Shown here: piece by piece, positions 1-8,591 of the stretch
Position numbering within the stretch: the first letter of the stretch is position 1
Layout: each line of letters begins with the position of its first letter
Notes under the pieces: model-generated
What the model was told of the DNA's origin: nothing
The model's input: only the letters and a program-made list of their open reading frames with translations
The model's database searches: none
NCBI GenBank assembly: GCA_963833095.1
Contig: CAWHWQ010000005.1
Coordinates: 352,001 to 416,000 of the forward strand
Source: Vulcanimicrobiota bacterium
Lineage (GTDB): Bacteria > Vulcanimicrobiota > Vulcanimicrobiia > Vulcanimicrobiales > Vulcanimicrobiaceae
DNA length: 64,000 nt
Reading direction: 5' to 3'
Made by a program: the position numbers and the translations under genes

Positions 1-442
1 CGGCACGTTCGAGGATGGCACCGATGAGGATCCGGACTTTCTGACGATCCTCAACCAACCGTTCGCCGTGCAGCTCGACGCAACGACACTGCGCGATCTC
101 ACACGGCTTCACGGGATGGTTCCATTTCAGGCGGCCTCGCCGCTGGGCGGATCGCGTCTCTCCGGGTATCTGCGCTCCGCACCGCCCGGAATGGTCAGCG
201 GACACCAGGTCGTCGGCGTGCGCTTCGAGGCCACGGGACCAATGACCGGGACGCTGCCCGAGCATCCCGACGCACTCCTCTCGGGGAACATGCACATGGA
301 CGGAACCGCCTACTATGCTCAGCACGGAGCGCTCTTACTCGCGCTCGACGCAACCCTTACCATCGACGGCAAGCTCCAAAGCGGCCACGACAGCGTGCCG
401 GTGCGCATCATCTACCACCGCGTGATCCGCTGCGCAAACTAG
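1..442 (+). CDS. Hypothetical protein, 5'-truncated by the window edge
   Basis: The frame is open from position 2 (GTFEDGTDEDPDFLTILNQPFAVQLD...) to TAG at 442; no family recognised. Confidence 0.7.
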   Translation, partial: GTFEDGTDEDPDFLTILNQPFAVQLDATTLRDLTRLHGMVPFQAASPLGGSRLSGYLRSAPPGMVSGHQVVGVRFEATGPMTGTLPEHPDALLSGNMHMDGTAYYAQHGALLLALDATLTIDGKLQSGHDSVPVRIIYHRVIRCAN

Positions 443-458
443 GGCCGGCGCGGCCCGA

Positions 459-851
459 TCAATAGGCTCCCACGAGTTGAACTTCTAAAGGGTGCCGAAA
501 CGGCATCAACGACAAGTTCGTGACCGGCGTAAACGCGAGATGGCTTTGGTGACAATCGATGAGCATCTCAATGCCGCGCTTAACGCAGCCCGTCTCTTCG
601 ATGTACTTTGAAAGCTTCTTCATGAAATAGGTGTGCGGATCGTGCAGCACCTTTGCGTAGTACGGATCGTCAGTTAAACCGACGGCACTAATGCCTTCTT
701 TTGGAACGAGCCACACGAACCACGGATCCTGATTTCGACGGTACCCGATGAGCACGAGCGGAATTGCTCGCGATGAATCGAGATTGGGCAGAAAACTACA
801 CAGAGTGTACGCGTCGAATGAGATCTCCGTCGGCTCGATCGTCTGCTGCAT
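459..851 (-). CDS. Hypothetical protein (~130 aa)
   Basis: ATG at 851 (MQQTIEPTE...) follows a GGAGAGG SD; visibly more AT-rich than neighbours; no family recognised. Confidence 0.6.
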   Translation of the reverse strand: MQQTIEPTEISFDAYTLCSFLPNLDSSRAIPLVLIGYRRNQDPWFVWLVPKEGISAVGLTDDPYYAKVLHDPHTYFMKKLSKYIEETGCVKRGIEMLIDCHQSHLAFTPVTNLSLMPFRHPLEVQLVGAY

Positions 852-874
852 GGGCGTTCCTCTCCATGTGCCGT

Positions 875-920
875 AAAACAACAACCGCCGCGTCGCTTGG
901 AGCGACCGGCGGTTGAAAAA
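875..920 (-). terminator. Intrinsic-terminator-like hairpin in the leader of the 459-851 gene
   Basis: Stem CAACCGCCG..GTCGCT / AGCGAC..CGGCGGTTG (882-915), followed on the minus strand by TTGTTTT. Confidence 0.5.
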
Positions 921-1056
921 CTGGTGCGTGCGGCACGTCGTGTACCATGCTCGAAAGGTTCCCTCGCGGCGGTCGGTGGCCCTGGCGACCCACCTTCAGG
1001 ATTTTCCGCGCGCAGCGTGAAACCCGCAGGAGGCGGGAAGTGGTCAGGATCACCGT

Positions 1057-1725
1057 ATGAGCGTGCTCGCACCACTCCCATGGGGAGTCCACGTGCCATC
1101 TGCGGCCCAGCAGACCAAGCCGCCGTCCAGCCGGACGTCGGATAAGGCTGCACCGAGCGTCGAAACCTTCGATCGCATCGTCGATGACTATCAGCGCCGC
1201 CTGTATGGTTTCGCCCTGCGTATGACCGGCAATCGCGAAGACGCCGAAGAGATCGTGCAGGACGCTTTCGTCCGAGCCTATCGCGCGCTGGGTAAAATGT
1301 CGCTCGAACAGCGGGCCGATCTGCGCCTGCAGCCGTGGCTCTACACCATTACGCTCAACGTGACACGCAACCGCCTGCGCAGCAAACGGCCGACCAACGT
1401 TGCGCTCGACGCTCTCGCCGACCCGGATGCCCTCTTACGCGACTCGCATGAGGGGCCGCCACAGCCCGAGACCATCGTCGAGCAGAACGCCGAGGTCGCG
1501 CTGGTAGAACGAGCGCTTCTGCAGCTGCCGATGCATTTACGTGCCGCGGCGACGCTGCGTTTTATCGAAGGTCGCAGCCATCCGGAAATCGCCGAAATTC
1601 TGCATCAACCGATCGGTACGGTGAAGTCGCACGTTCATCGCGCCGTGCGGATCTTGCGTCGCATTCTTGGTCCGCAAATCGGACGCACTGCCCCCGAAGG
1701 AGATCCCTTACATGCGCTGTCGTGA
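1057..1725 (+). CDS. ECF (sigma-70 group 4) RNA polymerase sigma factor
   Basis: Region 2 'DAEEIVQDAFVRAY...WLYTITLNVTRN' and region 4 'SHPEIAEILHQPIGTVKSHVHRA'. Confidence 0.92.
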   Translation: MSVLAPLPWGVHVPSAAQQTKPPSSRTSDKAAPSVETFDRIVDDYQRRLYGFALRMTGNREDAEEIVQDAFVRAYRALGKMSLEQRADLRLQPWLYTITLNVTRNRLRSKRPTNVALDALADPDALLRDSHEGPPQPETIVEQNAEVALVERALLQLPMHLRAAATLRFIEGRSHPEIAEILHQPIGTVKSHVHRAVRILRRILGPQIGRTAPEGDPLHALS

Positions 1726-2455
1726 CGTCGAAGCACTCTGGGACGAAGTCCGCGAGGACTGCGGAGAGTCGCTCAAGGAAGCCGTCGACATTCACCTACG
1801 CGCCTGCCCCCATTGCCAAGAGCTCTTTGAAGAGTTCGAAGGTGTCGCGTTTTGCCTCTCTTGTCTTCCGAAGCCCGAAGCATCGTGCGATCTCACCAAA
1901 CGCGTCGTCGAACACATCGCGTTGATCAAACAGCGCGAACGCACGACGCCGGTCGTGTTGGCGTCGGCGCAAACGCCGATCGGCCGACTTTATGTCGGCT
2001 TCAAAGAAGCGCGCATCGCCTATGTAGGCATCGATACCGGTGAAGATTTTGAGTTGGTGCGCGCGCGCGTCGAAAGCCGGCTGCGGCGCCCCGTCATCGC
2101 GGGGGAGGCACCGACCTGGTTGAGCCGCACGCTCGAACAATTCTTTAACACTTGGAGTGTCGATGACCGGATCATGGACATCGAGGATCTGACCCCGTTC
2201 GAACAGGCGGCGCTCCGGGCCGCAGCCCAAATCCCGCCCGGCGAGGTGCGCTCCTATTCGTGGGTCGCCACGCAAATCGGCCGCCCGCGCGCCGCGCGCG
2301 CCGTCGGACAGGTCATGGCCCGTAATCCGCTCGCGCTGCTTTTCCCCTGCCACCGCGTCGTCGACGCGCAGGGCGAACTCCATAACTACGGTTACGGGAT
2401 CGAGATGAAGGCGCGGCTACTCAAGATGGAAGGCTACATCGCGCGAAAGCTGTAA
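1712..2455 (+). CDS. ogt: zf-HC2 (zinc anti-sigma) domain fused to methylated-DNA--protein-cysteine methyltransferase (Ogt/AGT)
   Basis: N-terminal MRC...HLRACPHC (C..HxxxCxxC); C-terminal 'IPPGEVRSY...AARAVG...NP...PCHRVV'; the start overlaps the end of the sigma gene. Confidence 0.88.
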   Translation: MRCRDVEALWDEVREDCGESLKEAVDIHLRACPHCQELFEEFEGVAFCLSCLPKPEASCDLTKRVVEHIALIKQRERTTPVVLASAQTPIGRLYVGFKEARIAYVGIDTGEDFELVRARVESRLRRPVIAGEAPTWLSRTLEQFFNTWSVDDRIMDIEDLTPFEQAALRAAAQIPPGEVRSYSWVATQIGRPRAARAVGQVMARNPLALLFPCHRVVDAQGELHNYGYGIEMKARLLKMEGYIARKL

Positions 2456-2467
2456 CCTATCGCGGCA

Positions 2468-3178
2468 GTGGCCAGACACATCCTCATCGCGGGGTTCGAG
2501 CCCTTTGCCGGTGACAAGATCAACCCCAGCGAGATGGTGGCGCGCAGCTTTGAGGGCGCGCTGCTTTCCGGACGCTCGGTCGCGTCGCGGGTCATCCCCG
2601 TCGAGACGCGCAACGTTCGCGAGCGTTTCGAGCAGGCTCTGCTCGTCGATCAGCCCGACATCGTCATCTTGCTCTCGCAACTCGGTGGCCGCACGGCACT
2701 CTCGCTTGAACGCGTCGCCGTGAATGTGCTGGACTTTGAAACGCCCGACAATGTCGGCGTGATGCGCAAGGGCGACGTCGTCGCGCGCGGCGGTCCCGAA
2801 GCGCGCATCTCGAATCTTCCTTTCGAGAAGATCGTCGAGGCGTGGGCGGCCGCCGGCGTCCCGGGTTTTGTGTCCAATTCGGCCGGCACGTTTATCGGCA
2901 ACCAGGCGCTCTATGAGATGCTGGCGCTTACCGAAAATTCCGTACCACCGGCGATCGTCGGATTGGTGCATCTGCCCTATCTCCCCGCGCAGGCCATTGC
3001 CGCCGGAAGCGACTCGAATCCCTCGATGTCGTTCGACGTGATGAAAAAGGGTATCGAAATCATGGCCGAGACACTCGTGCCGTGGGTCGACGGGCGCACG
3101 CCCGAATCCTCGAAGCCTCGCGTCGGCTCGAAGCCGTCGGCTTGGATCCCTCGCGGTGTAAAGGAAGTAGAACGCTGA
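2468..3178 (+). CDS. pcp: Pyroglutamyl-peptidase I family (C15); catalytic Cys replaced by Gly
   Basis: 'GFEPF..INPS', 'LERVAVN' and 'HLPY' are present; 'SNSAGTFIGN' stands where SxxAGxFxCN is expected. Confidence 0.85.
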   Translation: MARHILIAGFEPFAGDKINPSEMVARSFEGALLSGRSVASRVIPVETRNVRERFEQALLVDQPDIVILLSQLGGRTALSLERVAVNVLDFETPDNVGVMRKGDVVARGGPEARISNLPFEKIVEAWAAAGVPGFVSNSAGTFIGNQALYEMLALTENSVPPAIVGLVHLPYLPAQAIAAGSDSNPSMSFDVMKKGIEIMAETLVPWVDGRTPESSKPRVGSKPSAWIPRGVKEVER

Positions 3179-4800
3179 GCGACCCTCGTATTGCGGCGAT
3201 CCCCGACGTCCACGGTCACGCGAAGGGCGAACATCGTTCTTTTGCCGAGGAACGGCCGATCGCATATTCCCCCCGAATGCTGTTCTTGTGGTTCTACCAT
3301 GCCTGCCGGCGAAATTCGCCGCGCTTTCTCATGGTCTCGGATCACATCAATTATCTAACATTCGAGGACCCCGGCGCCGTGCATACCGTGCGGCGCGCGC
3401 TGAAGCTCGCCCACGCGGGCGATCTCTATGGCGCAGCGGAAACCGCCGGCGTCGATGTGACCCATGCCGCGGTGGTCGGCGAAAGTTTGCGACGCGGCAT
3501 GCGCTTTTCGATCGGTGCCGAGGTCGATAATGACCCGCGCGCAAGACCGGATGCGCAGAACATCGTTGACGCGATGCGACCGGACGGAATCATCCGCTCG
3601 GTCCATTTCTTACCGATCGACCATCCGGAGAAAGGGGCCGACTATATGTGGCCCTACGACAATCCGGAGTTTACGCATCTCTTCGACCACGTCGGCGTCG
3701 AGCGTACGTGGGAGCTCTACACCGCGCGTCTCTTCGACGACATCGAAAAGCTGCCCGGACACGTGATCGGCCACTTCTATCGCCCGGCAAGTTTCGGCCA
3801 TTGGCCCGACGAGAAAACGCTGGAAAAATACGAGGATCGGCTCCTCGATCTTGCCCATGCGCGCGGAATGGCCGTCGAGATCAACTCACGCGGCATCTAC
3901 CGCGCCGAAAACGAAGAACAGCGCGCCAAGTACATCGCCGCGAACAAGCGCCTAATGCGCAAGGCTCAGGCCCGCGGCGTCGGCATCGCCATCGGCTCCG
4001 ATGCGCACAGTCCCAAGGACCAGGGCGGCGCGTTCGACGCGGTACTTTCTATGCTCGACGAGTGCGGTATCAACGAGGTCGTTTTCCCGGTTGGCGGACG
4101 CCTGGCACGCGTCGTGCTGCGCGCCACGCGCGAACATCTCGAAGCGCACGCGCAGCGCTCGCCCGAGCCGGTGCAACCCGGAAGCAGTATCAGCGGCTTT
4201 AGCCGAGCGGAACTCGGCCTCCCCGACCAGCCCGAGCTCCAACCGCGCGTGTCGCGCGCGAGCGCGCAAGCTGCGCGGGATGCCGGCCCCAAAAAGCGCG
4301 CGAGCAGCCCGGAACGAACAACGAAGAAGCCCGCCGCCGCGGCGTCGCCCAAATCGACGTCGAAGCGCAGCGCCGAATCGTCCGCCTCATCAGCAAAAAG
4401 CAAAGAGACCAAGAGCGTCGCCAAGCCGCCGGTAAAAAAGACTGCGCCGGTCAAAAAAGCCGAGCCCGTGAAAAAGGCCGCTCCGGCCAAAAAGGCCGCG
4501 CCCGTCAAGAAACCTGTGCCCGCCAAGAAGGTCGCGCCCGTGAAAAAGGCGCCGGCCAAGAAGGCCGCGCCCGTGAAAAAGGCCGCACCGCTCAAAAAGA
4601 CGGCGGTGAAGAAGGCCGCGCCCGTCAAGAAGGCTGCGCCGGCAAAAGCCGCCGCAGCCAAGAAGAGCGCCAAGCCGGTGGTCAAGAAACCGGCTCCGGC
4701 GAAAAAACCGGCAGCGAAACCGGTAGCCAAGAAATCTGCAAAACCAGCTTCGAAACCGTCGAAGGGAACGACCAAAAAGAAAACCGTTAAACGCCGTTAG
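3175..4800 (+). CDS. PHP-domain (histidinol-phosphatase-like) protein with a long Lys/Ala/Pro-rich histone-H1-like C-terminal tail
   Basis: PHP motifs DVHGH, SDH, GAEVD, RSVH, IGHF, GSDAH; tail of PVKKAA/PAKK repeats. Start uncertain: a CTG at 3175 overlaps the pcp stop and follows AAGGA. Confidence 0.8.
   Translation: MSDPRIAAIPDVHGHAKGEHRSFAEERPIAYSPRMLFLWFYHACRRNSPRFLMVSDHINYLTFEDPGAVHTVRRALKLAHAGDLYGAAETAGVDVTHAAVVGESLRRGMRFSIGAEVDNDPRARPDAQNIVDAMRPDGIIRSVHFLPIDHPEKGADYMWPYDNPEFTHLFDHVGVERTWELYTARLFDDIEKLPGHVIGHFYRPASFGHWPDEKTLEKYEDRLLDLAHARGMAVEINSRGIYRAENEEQRAKYIAANKRLMRKAQARGVGIAIGSDAHSPKDQGGAFDAVLSMLDECGINEVVFPVGGRLARVVLRATREHLEAHAQRSPEPVQPGSSISGFSRAELGLPDQPELQPRVSRASAQAARDAGPKKRASSPERTTKKPAAAASPKSTSKRSAESSASSAKSKETKSVAKPPVKKTAPVKKAEPVKKAAPAKKAAPVKKPVPAKKVAPVKKAPAKKAAPVKKAAPLKKTAVKKAAPVKKAAPAKAAAAKKSAKPVVKKPAPAKKPAAKPVAKKSAKPASKPSKGTTKKKTVKRR
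4420..4797 (+). repeat. Coding tandem repeats encoding (K)KAAPVKK / PAKK units
   Basis: Recurrent units such as 'gccgcgcccgtgaaaaag' and 'cccgtcaagaag'. Confidence 0.9.
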
Positions 4801-4818
4801 GCGACGAGGTACGCTGGC

Positions 4819-6873
4819 ATGGACATCGAGCGGCAACGCAACATCGCTTTTGTGGGCCCGCATCACGCGGGTAAGACCACGCTAGTCGAGGCCGTGCTTG
4901 CACATGGAGGCGCAATCGGGCGACGAGGATCAATTGCCGACGGTACCACCGTCACCGATCATGAACCCGAAGACATTGCGCACGCGCAATCCACGACGGT
5001 GGGCTTCGCCCACTGTTCCAGCGGCCAGGTCGACGTCACCATCCTCGACGCGCCGGGCTTCATCGACTTTTTCGAAGAGACGAAGCTTGCGTTGCGCGGT
5101 GCTGACGGTGCCGTCGTCGTGGTCGAAGCCGATCCCGCGCGCGTCGTGCAAACCAAAGCGCTGCTCGATTATCTCGAGTCGCGCACAATGCCTCACTGCT
5201 TCGTTATCAACAAGCTCGATCGGCCCGGCGCCGATTTCGAGGGGACGCTTGCGGCCTTGCAGAGCTTGTACGGACGGCACGTCGTAGCCGAGCAGTGGCC
5301 GATCTTCACGCGCTCGGCAGCGACCGAGAAAAACAGCGGATTTACGGGCTACGTCGATCTCGCCGATATGAAGACCTACACGTACGACGGCGAAAAAGAG
5401 CGCGAAGGCGCGGTCCCCGGCGACATTCTCGAGCGAGTGCGCACGGCGCACGGCGAGCTGCTCGAGGCGATGGCTGACTTCGACGACCACTTGATGGAAG
5501 AGTTGCTGGAAGGCGTTGAGCCGCCCCTCGACGAGGTCGAGCGCGATCTATGCAACGAGTGCTCGCACGACCAAATCGTTCCGGTTCTCGTCGCCGCCGG
5601 CGGGACGGGTGCCGGCGTCTCCGCTTTGATGCGCGCGCTCGAGCGCTGGTTCCCATCACCGGCAGAAGCTCCGGTTCTTGACGCGGAAGGCCGGCCGATT
5701 CCAGCCGATCCAGCGGCCGCCGTGATCGCGCACGTCATAAAAACGACGATCCATCCGCAATCCGGCAAGCTCTCGATCGTTCGCGTCGTCTCGGGCACGC
5801 TAAAATCCGACGCCACGCTCACCAATATTTCGCAGGGCGATGAGAAAGCGCGCTCGGGCGGTCTCTACCGTTTGCAGGGCAAGAAGCAAGAGGCCATTCC
5901 CGAGGCCGGGCCCGGTGCAGTCGTCGCCATCGCACGCCTCGAGTCCGTGAAGACTGGTGACGTGCTTGCCAGCAACGGGCACAAAGTGTTGCTGTCACGC
6001 GTCACGCTCAGCGAACCATGCTTCGCGATTGCGGTTAAGCCAAAGGAGCGCATCGACGAAGCCAAGATCTTTGCCATGCTCGCGCGCATCGTCGATGAGG
6101 ATCCGTCGCTGCGCTTGACGCGCGCCGAGATCACGGGCGAATTGTTGCTGCTTGGAAGCGGCGAGCAACACGTCACAATCGCCGTCGAACGGCTAGGGCG
6201 TAAGTATAAAGTCGAAGTCGAGACCGCGGCGCCGCAAATCCCGTATCAGGAGACGATCAGCGCAGGCACCGAGGTTCACTCGCGCTACAAGCATCAAACC
6301 GGTGGCCACGGACAATTCGGCGATGTCTGGCTGCGCTTCGAACCGCGTGAACGAGGTTCTGGGGTGACGTTCGAAGACAAAATCGTCGGCGGCGTCGTGC
6401 CACGTCAGTTCGTTCCGGCGGTCGAAAAAGGCGTGCGCGAGGCGCTGGCGCACGGACCGGGCGGCTATCCGGTCAGCGACGTTCACGTGACCCTCTTCGA
6501 CGGCCAATATCACGACGTCGATTCGAGCGAGCAGTCGTTCAGGACCGCGGCCAGTATGGGCGTGCGCGAGGCGCTGCCCAAATGCCATCCCGTCGTGCTC
6601 GAGCCGATCTCGCGCGTGAGCGTAACCGTGCCGACGCAGTACACCTCGACCGTAATCCAGCAACTGACCGGAAAGCGCGGGCAGATCCTTGGAATGAACC
6701 CGGCGGGGACACCGGGCTTTGACGTGGTCGAGGCCGACGTCCCACAGGTGGAGCTCTCGCGTTACATCACCGAATTGCGCACCGGTACCCAGGGACTGGG
6801 CACGTTTGCCTCTCGGCATGAGCGCTACGACCCCGTGCAAGGCAACAAGGTCGCTCCCAAAGCAACGGTCTAA
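4819..6873 (+). CDS. Elongation factor G-like protein (EF-G2 type)
   Basis: G1 GPHHAGKTT, G3 DAPG, G4 NKLD; 'KHQTGGHGQFGDV' and 'YHDVDSSE'; 684 aa. Confidence 0.92.
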   Translation: MDIERQRNIAFVGPHHAGKTTLVEAVLAHGGAIGRRGSIADGTTVTDHEPEDIAHAQSTTVGFAHCSSGQVDVTILDAPGFIDFFEETKLALRGADGAVVVVEADPARVVQTKALLDYLESRTMPHCFVINKLDRPGADFEGTLAALQSLYGRHVVAEQWPIFTRSAATEKNSGFTGYVDLADMKTYTYDGEKEREGAVPGDILERVRTAHGELLEAMADFDDHLMEELLEGVEPPLDEVERDLCNECSHDQIVPVLVAAGGTGAGVSALMRALERWFPSPAEAPVLDAEGRPIPADPAAAVIAHVIKTTIHPQSGKLSIVRVVSGTLKSDATLTNISQGDEKARSGGLYRLQGKKQEAIPEAGPGAVVAIARLESVKTGDVLASNGHKVLLSRVTLSEPCFAIAVKPKERIDEAKIFAMLARIVDEDPSLRLTRAEITGELLLLGSGEQHVTIAVERLGRKYKVEVETAAPQIPYQETISAGTEVHSRYKHQTGGHGQFGDVWLRFEPRERGSGVTFEDKIVGGVVPRQFVPAVEKGVREALAHGPGGYPVSDVHVTLFDGQYHDVDSSEQSFRTAASMGVREALPKCHPVVLEPISRVSVTVPTQYTSTVIQQLTGKRGQILGMNPAGTPGFDVVEADVPQVELSRYITELRTGTQGLGTFASRHERYDPVQGNKVAPKATV

Positions 6874-6963
6874 TATACGCTTTCGCTGAAATACCGCGGC
6901 TCGGCCCCCAGGCAGAACCCCGCGGATTCAGCGCAGCTGAATCCTGGGAGGCTTTTTCGCTTC

Positions 6964-8589
6964 GTGAAACCCCTGTTTGCCCTCGCCCTCCTCGCCGGGC
7001 TCCTTGCCGGCTGCTCGAAAGTTGCTAGCGACGCCGGGGGCGAGCACTCGTGGACGCTGCCGGGCGTCTTGCGCGTCGCGATTCAAACCGAACCGAAGAA
7101 CCTCAATCCGCTGCTGACCTCAAACACGACCGACGTGTTTATCGCGCGGTTCATGTTCCTACCCCTGATCCAGCCCAACGGAAAAGGTGTGCAGGAACCG
7201 CTCCTAGTCACCCAGGTTCCCGATACGAAAAACGGCGGCATTAGCGCCGACGGGCTTACGATCACCTATCACTTGCGCAAGGACGTGAAGTGGAGCGACG
7301 GTGTTCCATTCTCGAGCAAAGACGTCAAGTGGACCTGGCAAGCGCTCATGAACCCCAACAACAACATCGTTTCCCGGCACGGCTACGACGACATCAAGTC
7401 GATCGACACGCCCGATCCGGCGACGGTCGTCGTCCACCTCAAAGCGAAGTTTTCGCCCTTCGTCAACACCTTCTTCACTGACAGCGATCAGCCATACGGC
7501 GTCGCTCCCGAGCACGCGCTGGCAAAATATCCGAACGTCAATCAGATTCCGTTCAACAGCGAGCCGACCGTCTCGGATGGTCCGTTCCGTTTTGCCGAGT
7601 GGGTCCGTAACGATCACGTCTCGCTCGTCGCCAACAACGACTTCTTCCTAGGCAAGCCGGGACTCAAACGCATCGAGATAAAGGTCATTCCCGATGAGAA
7701 CACCTCGGTCGAGCAGCTCAGAACGCATGCGATCGACTGGATCTATCAGGCGTCGATCCATCTGTACCCGCAGGTTAAAGACATCCCCGGCGTTTCGATC
7801 GCGTGGATGCGAGTGAACGGCTACTACGACGTGCAGTTCAACACCGCGAGCCCGGCGATGAAGGACATCCGGGTGCGTCAAGCGATCGCTTACGCGCTGG
7901 ACAAACAGAATCTGGTGAATACGACGATGTACGGCCAGGAGACGGTGGCGACCGAAGACTTGCCGGACTGGATGTGGGCCTTCGATCCTCACGTGCGCTC
8001 GCTCCCCTACAACCTCGGCAAGGCGCGCCAACTCCTCACGCAAGCTGGCTACACTTCGGGCGCGGGCGGCATGCTGCAAAAGGATGGAGAGCCGCTGTCT
8101 CTGCTCTTAGTGACCAACAACTCGGACGCAACCTACAAACAGCTTGCCGTCCAGACTCAAGCGCAGCTCCACCGGATTGGGATCCAAGCGCAGATTAAGC
8201 TCTTCCCCGGGGCGCAGCTCTACGCGCCGGCTGGAGAGGGCGGCGTCTTGCAGAACGGCCACTTCGATCTCGTCGTCGACGGGTGGTATTCGGGCATCGA
8301 TCCGGATGACTCGTCGCAATTCATGTGCGCGAACGTCCCGCCGGGCGGGTACAACTACCCTCGGTATTGTAGTCCCGAGATGGATGCAGCCGAAACGATG
8401 GCACTGACCCATTACGATCAAGCCACGCGCAAGGCGGCCTACGCAAAAACGCAGGCATTGCTAGCGCACGACGTTCCGGAGATCTTCATCAACTGGTTGC
8501 GTCAAATGCACCCGATCAACGTCGACTTCAAGAATTTCGATCCGAACCCGGTCGTCGAGAACTGGAATGCATGGCAATGGACCATCTAG
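6964..8589 (+). CDS. Peptide/nickel ABC transporter substrate-binding lipoprotein (SBP family 5)
   Basis: Lipobox LAGC; 'SADGLTITYHLRKDVKWSDG', 'GPFRF', 'VRQAIAYALDK'. No permease genes adjacent. Confidence 0.92.
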   Translation: MKPLFALALLAGLLAGCSKVASDAGGEHSWTLPGVLRVAIQTEPKNLNPLLTSNTTDVFIARFMFLPLIQPNGKGVQEPLLVTQVPDTKNGGISADGLTITYHLRKDVKWSDGVPFSSKDVKWTWQALMNPNNNIVSRHGYDDIKSIDTPDPATVVVHLKAKFSPFVNTFFTDSDQPYGVAPEHALAKYPNVNQIPFNSEPTVSDGPFRFAEWVRNDHVSLVANNDFFLGKPGLKRIEIKVIPDENTSVEQLRTHAIDWIYQASIHLYPQVKDIPGVSIAWMRVNGYYDVQFNTASPAMKDIRVRQAIAYALDKQNLVNTTMYGQETVATEDLPDWMWAFDPHVRSLPYNLGKARQLLTQAGYTSGAGGMLQKDGEPLSLLLVTNNSDATYKQLAVQTQAQLHRIGIQAQIKLFPGAQLYAPAGEGGVLQNGHFDLVVDGWYSGIDPDDSSQFMCANVPPGGYNYPRYCSPEMDAAETMALTHYDQATRKAAYAKTQALLAHDVPEIFINWLRQMHPINVDFKNFDPNPVVENWNAWQWTI

Positions 8590-8591
8590 GC

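Noticed and set aside
3966..4775. 269-aa hydrophobic minus-strand ORF (AAFFTG repeats)
   Set aside because: It is the antisense shadow of the Lys/Ala/Pro tail.
4420..4797. Possible CRISPR array or non-coding repeat
   Set aside because: The repeats are in-frame, vary at wobble positions and have no unique spacers; they encode the PAKK tail. No cas genes are in the window.
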